Of a stretch of DNA of 53,692 bases, positions 1-8,588 are shown in pieces; positions within the stretch are counted from its first letter, which is position 1, and the number at the start of each line of letters is the position of its first letter. Location of the stretch: NCBI GenBank assembly GCA_913042895.1, contig CAJWMQ010000002.1, forward strand, positions 1 to 53,692, read 5' to 3'. Under the pieces are notes generated by a model. That model saw only the letters and a program-made list of their open reading frames with translations. It made no database searches and was not told the origin of the DNA. The DNA is from an uncultured Verrucomicrobiales bacterium (lineage in GTDB: Bacteria > Verrucomicrobiota > Verrucomicrobiia > Limisphaerales > UBA1100). The translations under genes were made by a program, and so were the position numbers.

Positions 1-77
<77 letters not shown>

Positions 78-81
78 ATTT

Positions 82-106
82 AAACCCGGCCTCGGCCGGG
101 TTTTTT
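82..106 (+). terminator. Intrinsic terminator after the tRNA, possibly bidirectional and shared with convergent bcp
   Basis: Stem cccggc (85-90), loop ctcg, stem gccggg (95-100), followed by T6 (101-106). An A-rich tract (aaa, 82-84) precedes the stem, so the minus-strand transcript would also see a short U tract. Confidence 0.7.
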
Positions 107-152
107 GCGATCACATGGATGGCCGCATGAAGAAGTGATTCGTCTAGGGAAG

Positions 153-632
153 CTAACCCTGAATGGCCGCCAACACTTCGGCTGCGTGTTCTTCGGGTTT
201 TACCTTGGGCCAGATTTTCTGAATCTTGCCCTGCGGATCGATCAGGAAGCTAATGCGATGGATCCCTTCGTATTCCTTGCCCATGAATTTCTTCGGACCC
301 CAAGATCCGTACGCGTTCACGATCGTTTGATCTTCGTCGGACAACAGCAGGAACGGTAGATCGAACTTGGAAATAAATTTGTCATGCTTGGCCACGGAAT
401 CACAACTGACTCCCAGAACCACGGCTTCGGCCTCTTCGAATTGGGCGTGTTCATCCCGGAAAGCACAGGCTTCCTTCGTACAACCAGGCGTGTCGTCTTT
501 GGGATAAAAGAACAGAACCACATGACGGCCCCGAAATTCATTGAGCGACACTTTGCCGCCGCCGCTTGTTTGGGCAGTGAACGCCGGCGCTTTGTCGCCT
601 TCCTTTAATGTTATTTTTGGACTGAAAGCCAT
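153..632 (-). CDS. bcp: Thiol peroxidase / peroxiredoxin, Bcp type
   Basis: Carries the FYPKDDTPGCTKEAC peroxidatic-Cys motif and is typical Bcp length. The ORF extends to 677, but the ATG at 632 (MAFSPKITLKEGDKAPAF) matches the usual Bcp N-terminus. Confidence 0.9.
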   Translation of the reverse strand: MAFSPKITLKEGDKAPAFTAQTSGGGKVSLNEFRGRHVVLFFYPKDDTPGCTKEACAFRDEHAQFEEAEAVVLGVSCDSVAKHDKFISKFDLPFLLLSDEDQTIVNAYGSWGPKKFMGKEYEGIHRISFLIDPQGKIQKIWPKVKPEEHAAEVLAAIQG

Positions 633-673
633 AATATTGAACATCTGATGACTGTCCCCAACTGTCAAGTCGG

Positions 674-1264
674 TCACCCCTGTTCATCCTCCGGCTGTGC
701 AGCCGGGTGTTCTGAGAATTGACGAATCCCTTCGCGCACATATAAGACACCCGTGATTACCGTTGTCACAGCCACCGCTGCGGCTAGAGCCACGGTACCC
801 ATTCCTGGCAATTTACAGAGCACCCAGCCAATCAGCACCATCTGAAGCACAGCCGAGGTCTTGCTCATGAATAACGGTTTCACCTCTACGTTACCCAACA
901 CAGCGAACAGTAGCGCGCTGCCGGTCACCACAATAGCATCGCGGCCGATAACCACGCCGGTGAGCCAAAGCGGGATGCGTTGTTCGAAAGGGTTGGATTC
1001 AAATTCAATGCTGAGCAAGATCAATCCAGAGAACATTAGGAGTTTGTCCGCCAAAGGGTCGAGGTAGGAACCCAATTGCGTGGCCTGTCCCCGATGCCGT
1101 GCCAGATAACCATCCACCCCGTCACTGATCGTGGCCACCAGAAATGCCGACATGGCCAGATACCGATGAAGTTCGTCGCCTGTGCGAAAGTAGTAGAGCA
1201 ATTGAACGACGAAAAAGGGCACGAGAACTATCCGGCCGATGGTAATTTGATTCGCAGTCGTCAT
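674..1264 (-). CDS. pgsA: CDP-alcohol phosphatidyltransferase (CDP-diacylglycerol--glycerol-3-phosphate 3-phosphatidyltransferase-like)
   Basis: Has the DGVDGYLAR...G...LDPLADK signature (DGx2ARx8Gx3Dx3D) and multiple TM segments. Length is 196 aa. Confidence 0.85.
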   Translation of the reverse strand: MTTANQITIGRIVLVPFFVVQLLYYFRTGDELHRYLAMSAFLVATISDGVDGYLARHRGQATQLGSYLDPLADKLLMFSGLILLSIEFESNPFEQRIPLWLTGVVIGRDAIVVTGSALLFAVLGNVEVKPLFMSKTSAVLQMVLIGWVLCKLPGMGTVALAAAVAVTTVITGVLYVREGIRQFSEHPAAQPEDEQG

Positions 1265-1303
1265 GCCTGTGCCGGCGGATTGGACAAAATCCGCCGCAAA
1301 AAA

Positions 1304-2638
1304 TCAACTCATCGCAGCCAAGGCCTTATCGAATCTTACCAACACTCGGTCCCGCCCCAGCACGGCCATCAAATCGTAGAGACTGGGGCCCACCTTTACA
1401 CCGGTGCAGGCGCAGCGCGCGGGCATTACTAGCACACGCACTTTGACGTCCAATTCCTCCGCCAACGCCTTCAGCGCCGCCTCCAACGACTCCGGCGTGA
1501 AGTCCTCGACGCCAGCGAACACCTCGCGCAGGCGCGCAAAGGGTTCCTTGTTGTCCGGCGCAAAGGCCTTGGCAACCATGGCTTCGTCGTAGTCAAATTC
1601 GTCCGTGAAATAAAAACTGCAGAACGTCGGTAGATCCTCAACCTGCTTCACCTTGTCCTGACAAGTGCCCAAGGCGGCGACAATGTAGTCCTCGGTGGCT
1701 CCCCCGAAATCCACCCCAGCCGCCACGGCGCGTTCGCGGTAATCGGCCATCGGCAGAGCGCGCAGGTGCTCGTAGTTCATCCACTGCAGTTTCTCCAAAT
1801 CAAACCGAGCATTGGACCGATTGATTTGCGCCAGATCAAAGCGCTCGATGATTTCGCTCAACGGCATCACCTGAGAATCGTCCTTGGGCGACCAGCCAAG
1901 CAGGCTCAGATAATTGGTCACCGCACTGGGCACATAGCCGGCCTGTTGCCAGCCCTCCAGCGAGGCGCCTTCGTCGCGCTTGCTCATCTTGCTGCCGTTG
2001 GCGTTAAGGATCAGCGGGATATGCGCGAACTGCGGCGGCTCTAAGTCGAACGCGCGAAACAACGCGATGTGCTTAGCCGTGTTGGAGAGATGATCCTCAC
2101 CGCGAATCACGTGCGTGATGCCCATCTCGATGTCATCCACCACGTTGACCAAATGAAAGACCGGCTTGCCGTCCGAGCGCACGATCACGAAGTCGGGTTG
2201 TTCCTGCTCGCGATCGGTCAATTCCCGTACCACATCGCCACAAATCAAGTCCGGAATTGTCACCGCCTCGCGCTGCATACGAAACCGAATGGCGCCGTCG
2301 TCCTCGTAGGCGAGCCCCTTGACCTTCAGCTCCTCCACCCGCCGCGCATAGATCTCCGCGCGCTGGGATTGATAATAGGGACCACGATCATCCACGCTGT
2401 CGCCGGCCGGATCGTTGCTCGCCGGGCCTTCATCCCAGTCCAACCCCAGCCAGCGTAGGCCCTCGAGAATCACATTGATTGCCTCAGGCGTGTTACGTTC
2501 CTCATCCGTGTCCTCCACGCGCAGCACAAATTTGCCGCCCGTATGACGGGCATAGAGCCAATTAAACAACGCCGTGCGGGCACCTCCAATATGCAGATAC
2601 CCAGTGGGACTCGGCGCAAATCGTACGCGGACACTCAT
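1304..2638 (-). CDS. gltX: Glutamate--tRNA ligase
   Basis: Class I motifs: the HIGH-type element (PSPTGYLHIGGARTALFNW) and KMSKR. Start taken at the ATG at 2638 (MSVRVRFAPS), which forms an ATGA overlap with the panE stop. Confidence 0.95.
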   Translation of the reverse strand: MSVRVRFAPSPTGYLHIGGARTALFNWLYARHTGGKFVLRVEDTDEERNTPEAINVILEGLRWLGLDWDEGPASNDPAGDSVDDRGPYYQSQRAEIYARRVEELKVKGLAYEDDGAIRFRMQREAVTIPDLICGDVVRELTDREQEQPDFVIVRSDGKPVFHLVNVVDDIEMGITHVIRGEDHLSNTAKHIALFRAFDLEPPQFAHIPLILNANGSKMSKRDEGASLEGWQQAGYVPSAVTNYLSLLGWSPKDDSQVMPLSEIIERFDLAQINRSNARFDLEKLQWMNYEHLRALPMADYRERAVAAGVDFGGATEDYIVAALGTCQDKVKQVEDLPTFCSFYFTDEFDYDEAMVAKAFAPDNKEPFARLREVFAGVEDFTPESLEAALKALAEELDVKVRVLVMPARCACTGVKVGPSLYDLMAVLGRDRVLVRFDKALAAMS

Positions 2639-3603
2639 GGGCGCGGAAGATAACGGGTCAGCTTTTCCAAAACAACACAAAGCGCCTCCAGCCGCGGCAC
2701 GGTGGCGCCTGCTGCCTGCGCCCGCCGGAATGGTTCCAGAAATAAACTTTCCAACTCCAACGACCGGCCGAGTTGGAAATCAACTACGGTCGAGGCGTAA
2801 TATGCCCCCATGGCTCGGGTATTGATCACCATCCGATCGGCAAGCGTCGGAGACAGGATAATCTCTTGGGCGGCGGCAGCCTCTACAAGTTCCTGCATCA
2901 ACACGCGCACCTCTCCTTCCCAACGGGGATCAGCCAACAGGCGATCCGTCGGCCAGGGTGCCCCCAACTGTTCAGGCAGTTTTCCAGTCTGCAGCGCGTC
3001 CCATCCGGCGGCTGCGGCAACGCCTAATCCGTTGAAGGGAATGTTCCACACCAATTTACCCCACAAGCCTTCGTCCAATCGATCGACGACCTCGCAGGGC
3101 ACTCCGGCTTTCTGAAATAAATCTGCAATGGCCTGCGTGCGCGGTAGTGCGGGGCGGCCGAATTCGCCCAGAACAATTTTGCCAAATCCCTGATGCGCCA
3201 CCACCCCGGGTGCGGTGCGGTTCAAGCACACAAAACACAAGCCTGCCATAATTTGTTCGGGATCAAAGAGTGCGGCTAACTGTTCGCAATTGCCCAAACC
3301 GTTTTGCAGGCAGACGATGGCCGTCTCCAGCCCCGTCAATGGCCCGATCAATTCCTGATAGCGGTCGTTGGCGGTGGTTTTCAGGCCCACGAGGACGAGA
3401 TCGCATTCGCCGATTGTTTCGGGCCGCTGATGACAATGCGGCTCCACCGTGACGGTTTCCTCACCACTATCAATCCGAATGCCGTTAGACCGCACCGTAT
3501 CGTAATCGCTGCGTAACAGCAGATGCACCTCGGCACCGGCGCGGTGCAGCAAGCCACCGTAGTAGCCTCCCAACGCGCCCACGCCAACCACGCCGATCTT
3601 CAT
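2635..3603 (-). CDS. panE: 2-dehydropantoate 2-reductase (ketopantoate reductase, ApbA/PanE family)
   Basis: N-terminal Rossmann motif MKIGVVGVGALGGYYGG. Length of 322 aa and overall pattern fit the PanE/ApbA family. Confidence 0.8.
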   Translation of the reverse strand: MKIGVVGVGALGGYYGGLLHRAGAEVHLLLRSDYDTVRSNGIRIDSGEETVTVEPHCHQRPETIGECDLVLVGLKTTANDRYQELIGPLTGLETAIVCLQNGLGNCEQLAALFDPEQIMAGLCFVCLNRTAPGVVAHQGFGKIVLGEFGRPALPRTQAIADLFQKAGVPCEVVDRLDEGLWGKLVWNIPFNGLGVAAAAGWDALQTGKLPEQLGAPWPTDRLLADPRWEGEVRVLMQELVEAAAAQEIILSPTLADRMVINTRAMGAYYASTVVDFQLGRSLELESLFLEPFRRAQAAGATVPRLEALCVVLEKLTRYLPRP

Positions 3604-3631
3604 GCGGTTAATCTACGGAAAATGAAGCCAC

Positions 3632-3658
3632 AAAAAAAGGCGCCCCTAGCGGAGCGCC
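3632..3658 (-). terminator. Intrinsic terminator downstream of the HU gene
   Basis: On the minus strand: 8-bp stem ggcgctcc / ggggcgcc (one G:U pair), loop gcta, then T7 (A-run 3632-3638 on the plus strand). Confidence 0.7.
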
Positions 3659-3676
3659 CGTGAGAATTTTTTTCAG

Positions 3677-3964
3677 TTAGCCGAGGATTTCTTCCTTGGC
3701 GGCTTTCAGGAAAGTGAATTTCAACTTGGTCTTGGCCGGCACATCGATCTCTTTGCCTTCGTTCGGGCCGAAGCGCATGACCATTTTGCGGGCCTTGGTT
3801 TGCCGCACGCTCACTTTGCCCACACCGGGAATCGTGAAGCCGTCCTTCGCATTGTCGTAAGCCAGGCTCGCCACCGCTTCCAGCGCGGCTTTGGCCTGCG
3901 CCTTGGAAATGTCGGCCGCCTCGGCCACGGCAGCAATCGTTTGGGTTTTCGTCAGTTTCGCCAT
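3677..3964 (-). CDS. hup: HU/IHF-family nucleoid-associated DNA-binding protein
   Basis: A 95-aa protein, MAKLTKTQTIAAVAEAADISKAQAKAALEA...GFTIPGVGKVSVRQTKAR, with typical HU fold motifs. Confidence 0.9.
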   Translation of the reverse strand: MAKLTKTQTIAAVAEAADISKAQAKAALEAVASLAYDNAKDGFTIPGVGKVSVRQTKARKMVMRFGPNEGKEIDVPAKTKLKFTFLKAAKEEILG

Positions 3965-4149
3965 TTGTTTTTCTCCTTTGGTTAAGATTTGTCGCCCTGC
4001 GACTGCCCGCAGTAAACGGACGTTTCGGCCCTATCAGCAAGGGAAAAACTGGTCTTCTCACCAAAAGATATTCGCAAATAACCCTGTTTTTTCAGCACAA
4101 GCTTGACTTGACAGCCTATGCAGAGAACATCGCCGGCAGTTCCGGCACC

Positions 4150-5043
4150 ATGGAAAAAGTCCCTGAAATAATCACCCTCGGCCTGTTGCAGCACGCGTGT
4201 GATCCCAATCCGGTGCAGAATTTGGATTACGCGCTAAACGTCGCAAAAAACGCGGCTCAAGCCGGCGCTCAGATCATTTGTACGCAGGAACTCTTTGCCT
4301 CCCAATACTTTTGCCAATCCGAAACCCACGAGCATTTTGACCTCGCCGAACCAATTCCGGGCCCGAAAACCAAAGCATTTCAGGAATTAGCCCGCACCGA
4401 GAGTGTGGTGATCGTTGCTTCGATATTCGAGAAACGGGCCGCCGGATTGTACCATAATTCCGCCGTCATTATTGATGCCGACGGTTCCCTGCTTGGTACC
4501 TACCGGAAAATGCATATCCCGGATGATCCGCTGTACTACGAGAAGTTTTACTTCACCCCCGGCGATCAGGGTTTCCGCGCGTGGGACACCGCCTACGGTC
4601 GCATTGGCGTATTGATCTGCTGGGATCAGTGGTTCCCCGAAGCCGCCCGCCTGACCGCCTTGGCCGGAGCCGAGCTAATCCTGTACCCCACCGCCATCGG
4701 TTGGCATCCCGCCGAAAAAGCCGCTGAAGGCAAAGCCCAGCACGCCGCCTGGCAGACTATTCAGCACGGCCACGCCATCGCCAACGGCTGTTATGTGGCC
4801 GCCGTCAACCGCGTCGGCCATGAAGCCCCGGGCGGCGGCGCGGGACTGGAATTCTGGGGCCAAAGCTTTGCCTGCAATCCGAGCGGCGAACTCATCGCCC
4901 AAGGCAGCGTGGATCAAAACGAGACGGTGCTGGTGGAAATAGACCGCGCCCAAGTCAACGAAGCCCGCACCCACTGGCCTTTCCTGCGAGACCGCAGGAT
5001 CGACGCATATGACGGCATCAACCGACGTTTTCTGGATTCATGA
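4150..5043 (+). CDS. aguB: N-carbamoylputrescine amidase (carbon-nitrogen hydrolase family)
   Basis: Strong by-eye similarity to AguB: CTQELF...YFC, YRKMHIPDDPLYYEKFYFTPGD, ICWDQWFPEAAR, LYPTAIGW. The ATG at 4150 is preferred over the TTG at 4108. Confidence 0.85.
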   Translation: MEKVPEIITLGLLQHACDPNPVQNLDYALNVAKNAAQAGAQIICTQELFASQYFCQSETHEHFDLAEPIPGPKTKAFQELARTESVVIVASIFEKRAAGLYHNSAVIIDADGSLLGTYRKMHIPDDPLYYEKFYFTPGDQGFRAWDTAYGRIGVLICWDQWFPEAARLTALAGAELILYPTAIGWHPAEKAAEGKAQHAAWQTIQHGHAIANGCYVAAVNRVGHEAPGGGAGLEFWGQSFACNPSGELIAQGSVDQNETVLVEIDRAQVNEARTHWPFLRDRRIDAYDGINRRFLDS

Positions 5044-5834
5044 ACTACCGCGGCCGCCTAGCCCCAACGCCCACCGGCTATCTGCACCTGGGCCACGCCC
5101 GTACGTTCTGGATCGCCCAAGAGCGTGCCCGATCCGCCGGTGGCACGCTGTTGTATCGCAATGAGAATTTGGATTCTGACCGTTGCAAACCAGAATACAC
5201 CGTGGCCGCCATTGAAGATTGCCGCTGGATCGGTCTGCACTGGGAAGGCGATGTCCTTCATCAATCCGGTCGATTGGACCTGTATCTAAAGGCTTTCGAA
5301 CAGCTCAAGCAATCGGGCTACTTGTTTCCCTGCACCTGCACCCGGCGCGATCTGGAAAACGCCGTTGCCGCGCCGCACGGTGAAGGCGGTGAGACGATTT
5401 ACCCTGGTACTTGCCGTGAACAAACCACGCCACCCGAAGCCGACTGTAACTGGCGTTTCCGTGTACCTGACGGAGAGCAAGTCACATTCGAAGACGCGCA
5501 CTATGGCCCTCAACAGTTCGTGGCCGGGCGGGATTTCGGAGATTTCCCCGTGTGGCAGAAAAACGGCATGCCCTCCTATCAACTCACCGTCGTGGTCGAC
5601 GACGCAGATCAGGAAATCACTGAGGTTGTCCGGGGGGCCGATCTACTCGTTTCCACCGCGCGCCAGCTCCTACTCTACCGTGCTCTCGAACTAATTGCCC
5701 CATCGTTTTATCACTGTGACCTGATGCTTGATGCCGAAGGCAATCGCCTTGCCAAACGCAACCAAGCACTCAGTCTACGCGAATTACGAACTAACGGTAA
5801 AACCCCCGAAGAGGTACGAAAAAGATGGATTTAG
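5040..5834 (+). CDS. gluQ: tRNA glutamyl-Q(34) synthetase (truncated GluRS paralog, YadB/GluQRS)
   Basis: N-terminus RLAPTPTGYLHLGHARTF, then YQLTVVVDD and LAKR. At 264 aa it lacks an anticodon-binding domain. ATGA overlap with the aguB stop. Confidence 0.85.
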   Translation: MNYRGRLAPTPTGYLHLGHARTFWIAQERARSAGGTLLYRNENLDSDRCKPEYTVAAIEDCRWIGLHWEGDVLHQSGRLDLYLKAFEQLKQSGYLFPCTCTRRDLENAVAAPHGEGGETIYPGTCREQTTPPEADCNWRFRVPDGEQVTFEDAHYGPQQFVAGRDFGDFPVWQKNGMPSYQLTVVVDDADQEITEVVRGADLLVSTARQLLLYRALELIAPSFYHCDLMLDAEGNRLAKRNQALSLRELRTNGKTPEEVRKRWI

Positions 5835-6241
5835 TCCCCACCCTCGTTACTGAGAGCGTGCCCCGGAAAGGTACACATCGGCGGATTGGTCAATCCGGTC
5901 ACCACATAAAGACCCCCGCTTGGACAATTTGTGGAAACACCTTCAGCCAAATAGTCAACTATTTCAGCAAACGTCACTGACGCATCCATCGGCTTTGCAT
6001 TGTCCAATTGCCACAAACGCATGGCCTTATCAATTTCACGCAGGGTTTTTACACACTTTTGAATGCTGAGATCCTGTTTCTCAGAAACGGTATAAGGAAT
6101 CAAAATAGCGACCCCCACCATCAAGATGGCTAATATGATTAGTCCATCGAGCACACCAAAACCACGTTGTGATATGAAGTCCAAGGGGACTACTCCTCTA
6201 TTTCTTCTTCCACTTGGAGTGTGTGCCCCACTGTTGAACAA
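5831..6241 (-). CDS. Pilin-like small membrane protein, degenerate paralog of the upstream mini-pilin
   Basis: Has QRG-FGVLDGLIILAILMVGVAILIP, resembling a prepilin N-terminus, and a C-terminus CPSGGLYVV...PPMCTFPGHAL that parallels the neighbour. The start is uncertain. The ATG at 6241 overlaps the upstream gene by 52 nt, while the TTG at 6184 would give the leader (M)DFISQRG. Confidence 0.6.
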   Translation of the reverse strand: MFNSGAHTPSGRRNRGVVPLDFISQRGFGVLDGLIILAILMVGVAILIPYTVSEKQDLSIQKCVKTLREIDKAMRLWQLDNAKPMDASVTFAEIVDYLAEGVSTNCPSGGLYVVTGLTNPPMCTFPGHALSNEGGD

Positions 6242-6552
6242 GTCGGCTTATCGGAGACCGTACCCAAAGTATAAACACCTCCAGCCGGACAACGAGGGAT
6301 TCCATCCTTAAAATACTCCGCCAAATCCTCCATTGAGACCTCGGCATCGTCAGCCTTTCTTTTCTCAAAAGACCACTGAATGATGGCTGATTCGATGACC
6401 TGCAAGTTCGCTTTACAGCCATTTACCTGCGCATTCTTCTTCGCCTTAAGCAAATTTGGAATAGCGACCGCTGCCAAGAGTCCGATGATCGCAACCACGA
6501 TCATAATCTCCACCAATGTAAACCCGCGCTGAATGTGTGATTGAATTTTCAT
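6190..6552 (-). CDS. Prepilin-type N-terminal cleavage/methylation domain protein (mini pseudopilin)
   Basis: Leader MKIQSHIQRG followed by FTLVEIMIVVAIIGLLAAVAIPN (the G|FTLVE motif). C-terminal Cys pair CPAGGVY...PTCSTVGHTL. AAGGGG Shine-Dalgarno 5 nt upstream of the ATG. Confidence 0.85.
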   Translation of the reverse strand: MKIQSHIQRGFTLVEIMIVVAIIGLLAAVAIPNLLKAKKNAQVNGCKANLQVIESAIIQWSFEKRKADDAEVSMEDLAEYFKDGIPRCPAGGVYTLGTVSDKPTCSTVGHTLQVEEEIEE

Positions 6553-6599
6553 ATCCCCTTACAAATTTTCTAGCATATACGTCGGAGCAGATCAACTCG

Positions 6600-7598
6600 T
6601 TACACTAATCTCGCATCCGGCACACAGGCCGGGCAGGCTTCCACCCAATGACCTTGCTCCAACTCAAGGAAGGGCGGCTTGGTTTTTAGCACTTCATCCG
6701 AATATTCCAACCCACTTCGGGGGCAAAACCGACAACCTTCGGGCGGATCAATTGGCGAAGGCACATCACCTTCGAGAATCACGCGCTCGGGATTATGAGT
6801 GGGGTCGGGCACGGGAATAGCTGATATCAACGCCTTGGTGTATGGATGGACTGGGTTTGAATAAATCTCAGCCGCCGGCGCCAATTCTACAATGCGCCCT
6901 AGGTACATAACTGCAATCCGATCACTGATATGTTTTACCACAGCAAGATCATGCGAAATGAAGAGATAACTCAGTCCCATCTCGCGCTGCAGTTCCATCA
7001 GCAAATTAAGCACCTGACTTTGGATCGACACATCCAACGCACTCACCGGTTCATCACAAATCAGCAATTTCGGCTTTAAAGCCAATGCGCGCGCGATACC
7101 AATGCGTTGCCGCTGCCCACCGGAGAATTCAAATGGAAACCGGTTCATCGCGGATTCCGACAAGCCCACCTTAGTCAGCAATTCCGCCACCCATTTCCGC
7201 CTCTCCTCGCGAGTACCCATCCCGTGAATCACAAACGGTTCCTCCACAATCGTTCCAATGGTATGTCGCGGATTCAGAGACTCATACGGATCCTGAAAAA
7301 TCATTTGTATCTCGCGCCGATAAGGTTTCAATTGGCCTCGTGACATTGAAGCTAAATCAACTCCCTCAAAACGGATCGCTCCCTCTGTAGGCTCATAGAG
7401 TCGTGCAATCGTTTTACCAAACGTACTCTTACCACAACCGCTCTCCCCAACCAATCCGAGGGTTTCTCCATGCTCTATGGATAGACTTACCCCGTCCACA
7501 GCCTTACATGAAGCCAATGCACGCCGGAATACTCCGCCCTTAACCGGAAAATGCATCCGGAGGTCTTCCGTTTTCAAAATGGGGGTCGACGCATCCAT
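6600..7598 (-). CDS. oppF: Oligopeptide/dipeptide ABC transporter ATP-binding protein (OppF/DppF type)
   Basis: Walker [10 protein letters not shown], signature FSGGQRQR, Walker B LLICDEP, and the C-terminal oligopeptide-ABC domain (HPYTKALISAIPVPDP). The ATG at 7598 forms a TGATG overlap with the upstream stop. Confidence 0.9.
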   Translation of the reverse strand: MDASTPILKTEDLRMHFPVKGGVFRRALASCKAVDGVSLSIEHGETLGLVGESGCGKSTFGKTIARLYEPTEGAIRFEGVDLASMSRGQLKPYRREIQMIFQDPYESLNPRHTIGTIVEEPFVIHGMGTREERRKWVAELLTKVGLSESAMNRFPFEFSGGQRQRIGIARALALKPKLLICDEPVSALDVSIQSQVLNLLMELQREMGLSYLFISHDLAVVKHISDRIAVMYLGRIVELAPAAEIYSNPVHPYTKALISAIPVPDPTHNPERVILEGDVPSPIDPPEGCRFCPRSGLEYSDEVLKTKPPFLELEQGHWVEACPACVPDARLV

Positions 7599-8587
7599 CA
7601 CGTACATACCGGACAGGCTTCCACCCAATGACCAGATGAAATTTCTAAAAAGTCCGGTCTTTCTTCTAGATGATGCGGTTCATAATCCCTCTCACTTCGA
7701 GGACAGAAACGGCAACCGGGCCGGAGTTCATTCAAGGCCGGCACCATGCCATCGATAGTAGTGAGGCGCGACTTTGGAACCCCATTGAGTCGCGGAATGG
7801 AACTTAGCAAACCCTGCGTATAGGCGTGACGAGGATTGGCAAATAACTCCTTAGCATCTCCCCGCTCCACCACGCGCCCGGCGTACATAACACACACCTC
7901 ATCACAAGTTTCGGCAATCACACCCAGATCATGTGTTATGAGGATAATGGACATCCCAAGGTCACGCTGCAGTGATTTCATCAAATCCAGAATCTGCGCC
8001 TGAATCGTCACATCGAGTGCCGTGGTCGGCTCATCGGCAATGACCAGTTCAGGGCCACACGCCAAGGCAATGGCGATCACCACGCGCTGCCGCATACCTC
8101 CAGACAATTGGTGCGGATATTCGGTGGCACGAATTTCCGGTGACGGAATGCCCACCTTTTCGAGGATCTCCACCGCTCGATTCCAGGCAACGTCCGGATC
8201 GAGATCATTGTGCTGGGTGAGCACTTCACAGATTTGTTTACCAATAGTATGCACGGGATTCAGGGCCGTCATTGGTTCCTGAAAAATCATACTGATCCGG
8301 TTCCCGCGAATAGACCGCATGTCATCGCGTGGTAAGGTAGCGAGGTTCATCCCATCAAACTGCACGTTTCCCTGAAGAATCTTCCCCATCGGCTGCGGCA
8401 GCAACCGCATGATGCTCATGGCGGTGACGCTCTTGCCGCAACCGCTTTCTCCCACGATGCCCAAGGTACGACCGCGCCTAACATCAAAGCTCACGCCATC
8501 CACGGCGGTCAATTGACCGGCATCGGTGTCGAACGCCGTGACGAGGTTGTGTACCTCCAGCACGTTATCTGATGCGGCGTCGGACAC
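7598..8587 (-). CDS. oppD: Oligopeptide/dipeptide ABC transporter ATP-binding protein (OppD/DppD type)
   Basis: Walker [10 protein letters not shown], signature LSGGMRQR, Walker [13 protein letters not shown], then [13 protein letters not shown]. The likely GTG start at 8587 lies directly after the SBP stop. The ORF extends to 8647. Confidence 0.9.
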   Translation of the reverse strand: MSDAASDNVLEVHNLVTAFDTDAGQLTAVDGVSFDVRRGRTLGIVGESGCGKSVTAMSIMRLLPQPMGKILQGNVQFDGMNLATLPRDDMRSIRGNRISMIFQEPMTALNPVHTIGKQICEVLTQHNDLDPDVAWNRAVEILEKVGIPSPEIRATEYPHQLSGGMRQRVVIAIALACGPELVIADEPTTALDVTIQAQILDLMKSLQRDLGMSIILITHDLGVIAETCDEVCVMYAGRVVERGDAKELFANPRHAYTQGLLSSIPRLNGVPKSRLTTIDGMVPALNELRPGCRFCPRSERDYEPHHLEERPDFLEISSGHWVEACPVCT

Positions 8588-8588
8588 G

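Noticed and set aside
3600-4064. A 154-aa ORF overlapping the HU gene.
   Set aside because: It is a different frame on the same strand as the 95-aa HU protein, which has clear family motifs and its own terminator. The long ORF is Arg/Gly-rich noise.
5040-5834. A short GluRS-like ORF as a gltX pseudogene fragment.
   Set aside because: The reading frame is intact, with the catalytic-domain motifs and the length characteristic of the bona fide GluQRS (YadB) family.
6553-6599. A possible sigma70-like promoter (TTGATC-N17-TAGAAA on the minus strand) in front of the first mini-pilin gene.
   Set aside because: It matches only 4/6 in each hexamer, and promoter consensus for this lineage is uncertain. 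It is not reported as a feature.
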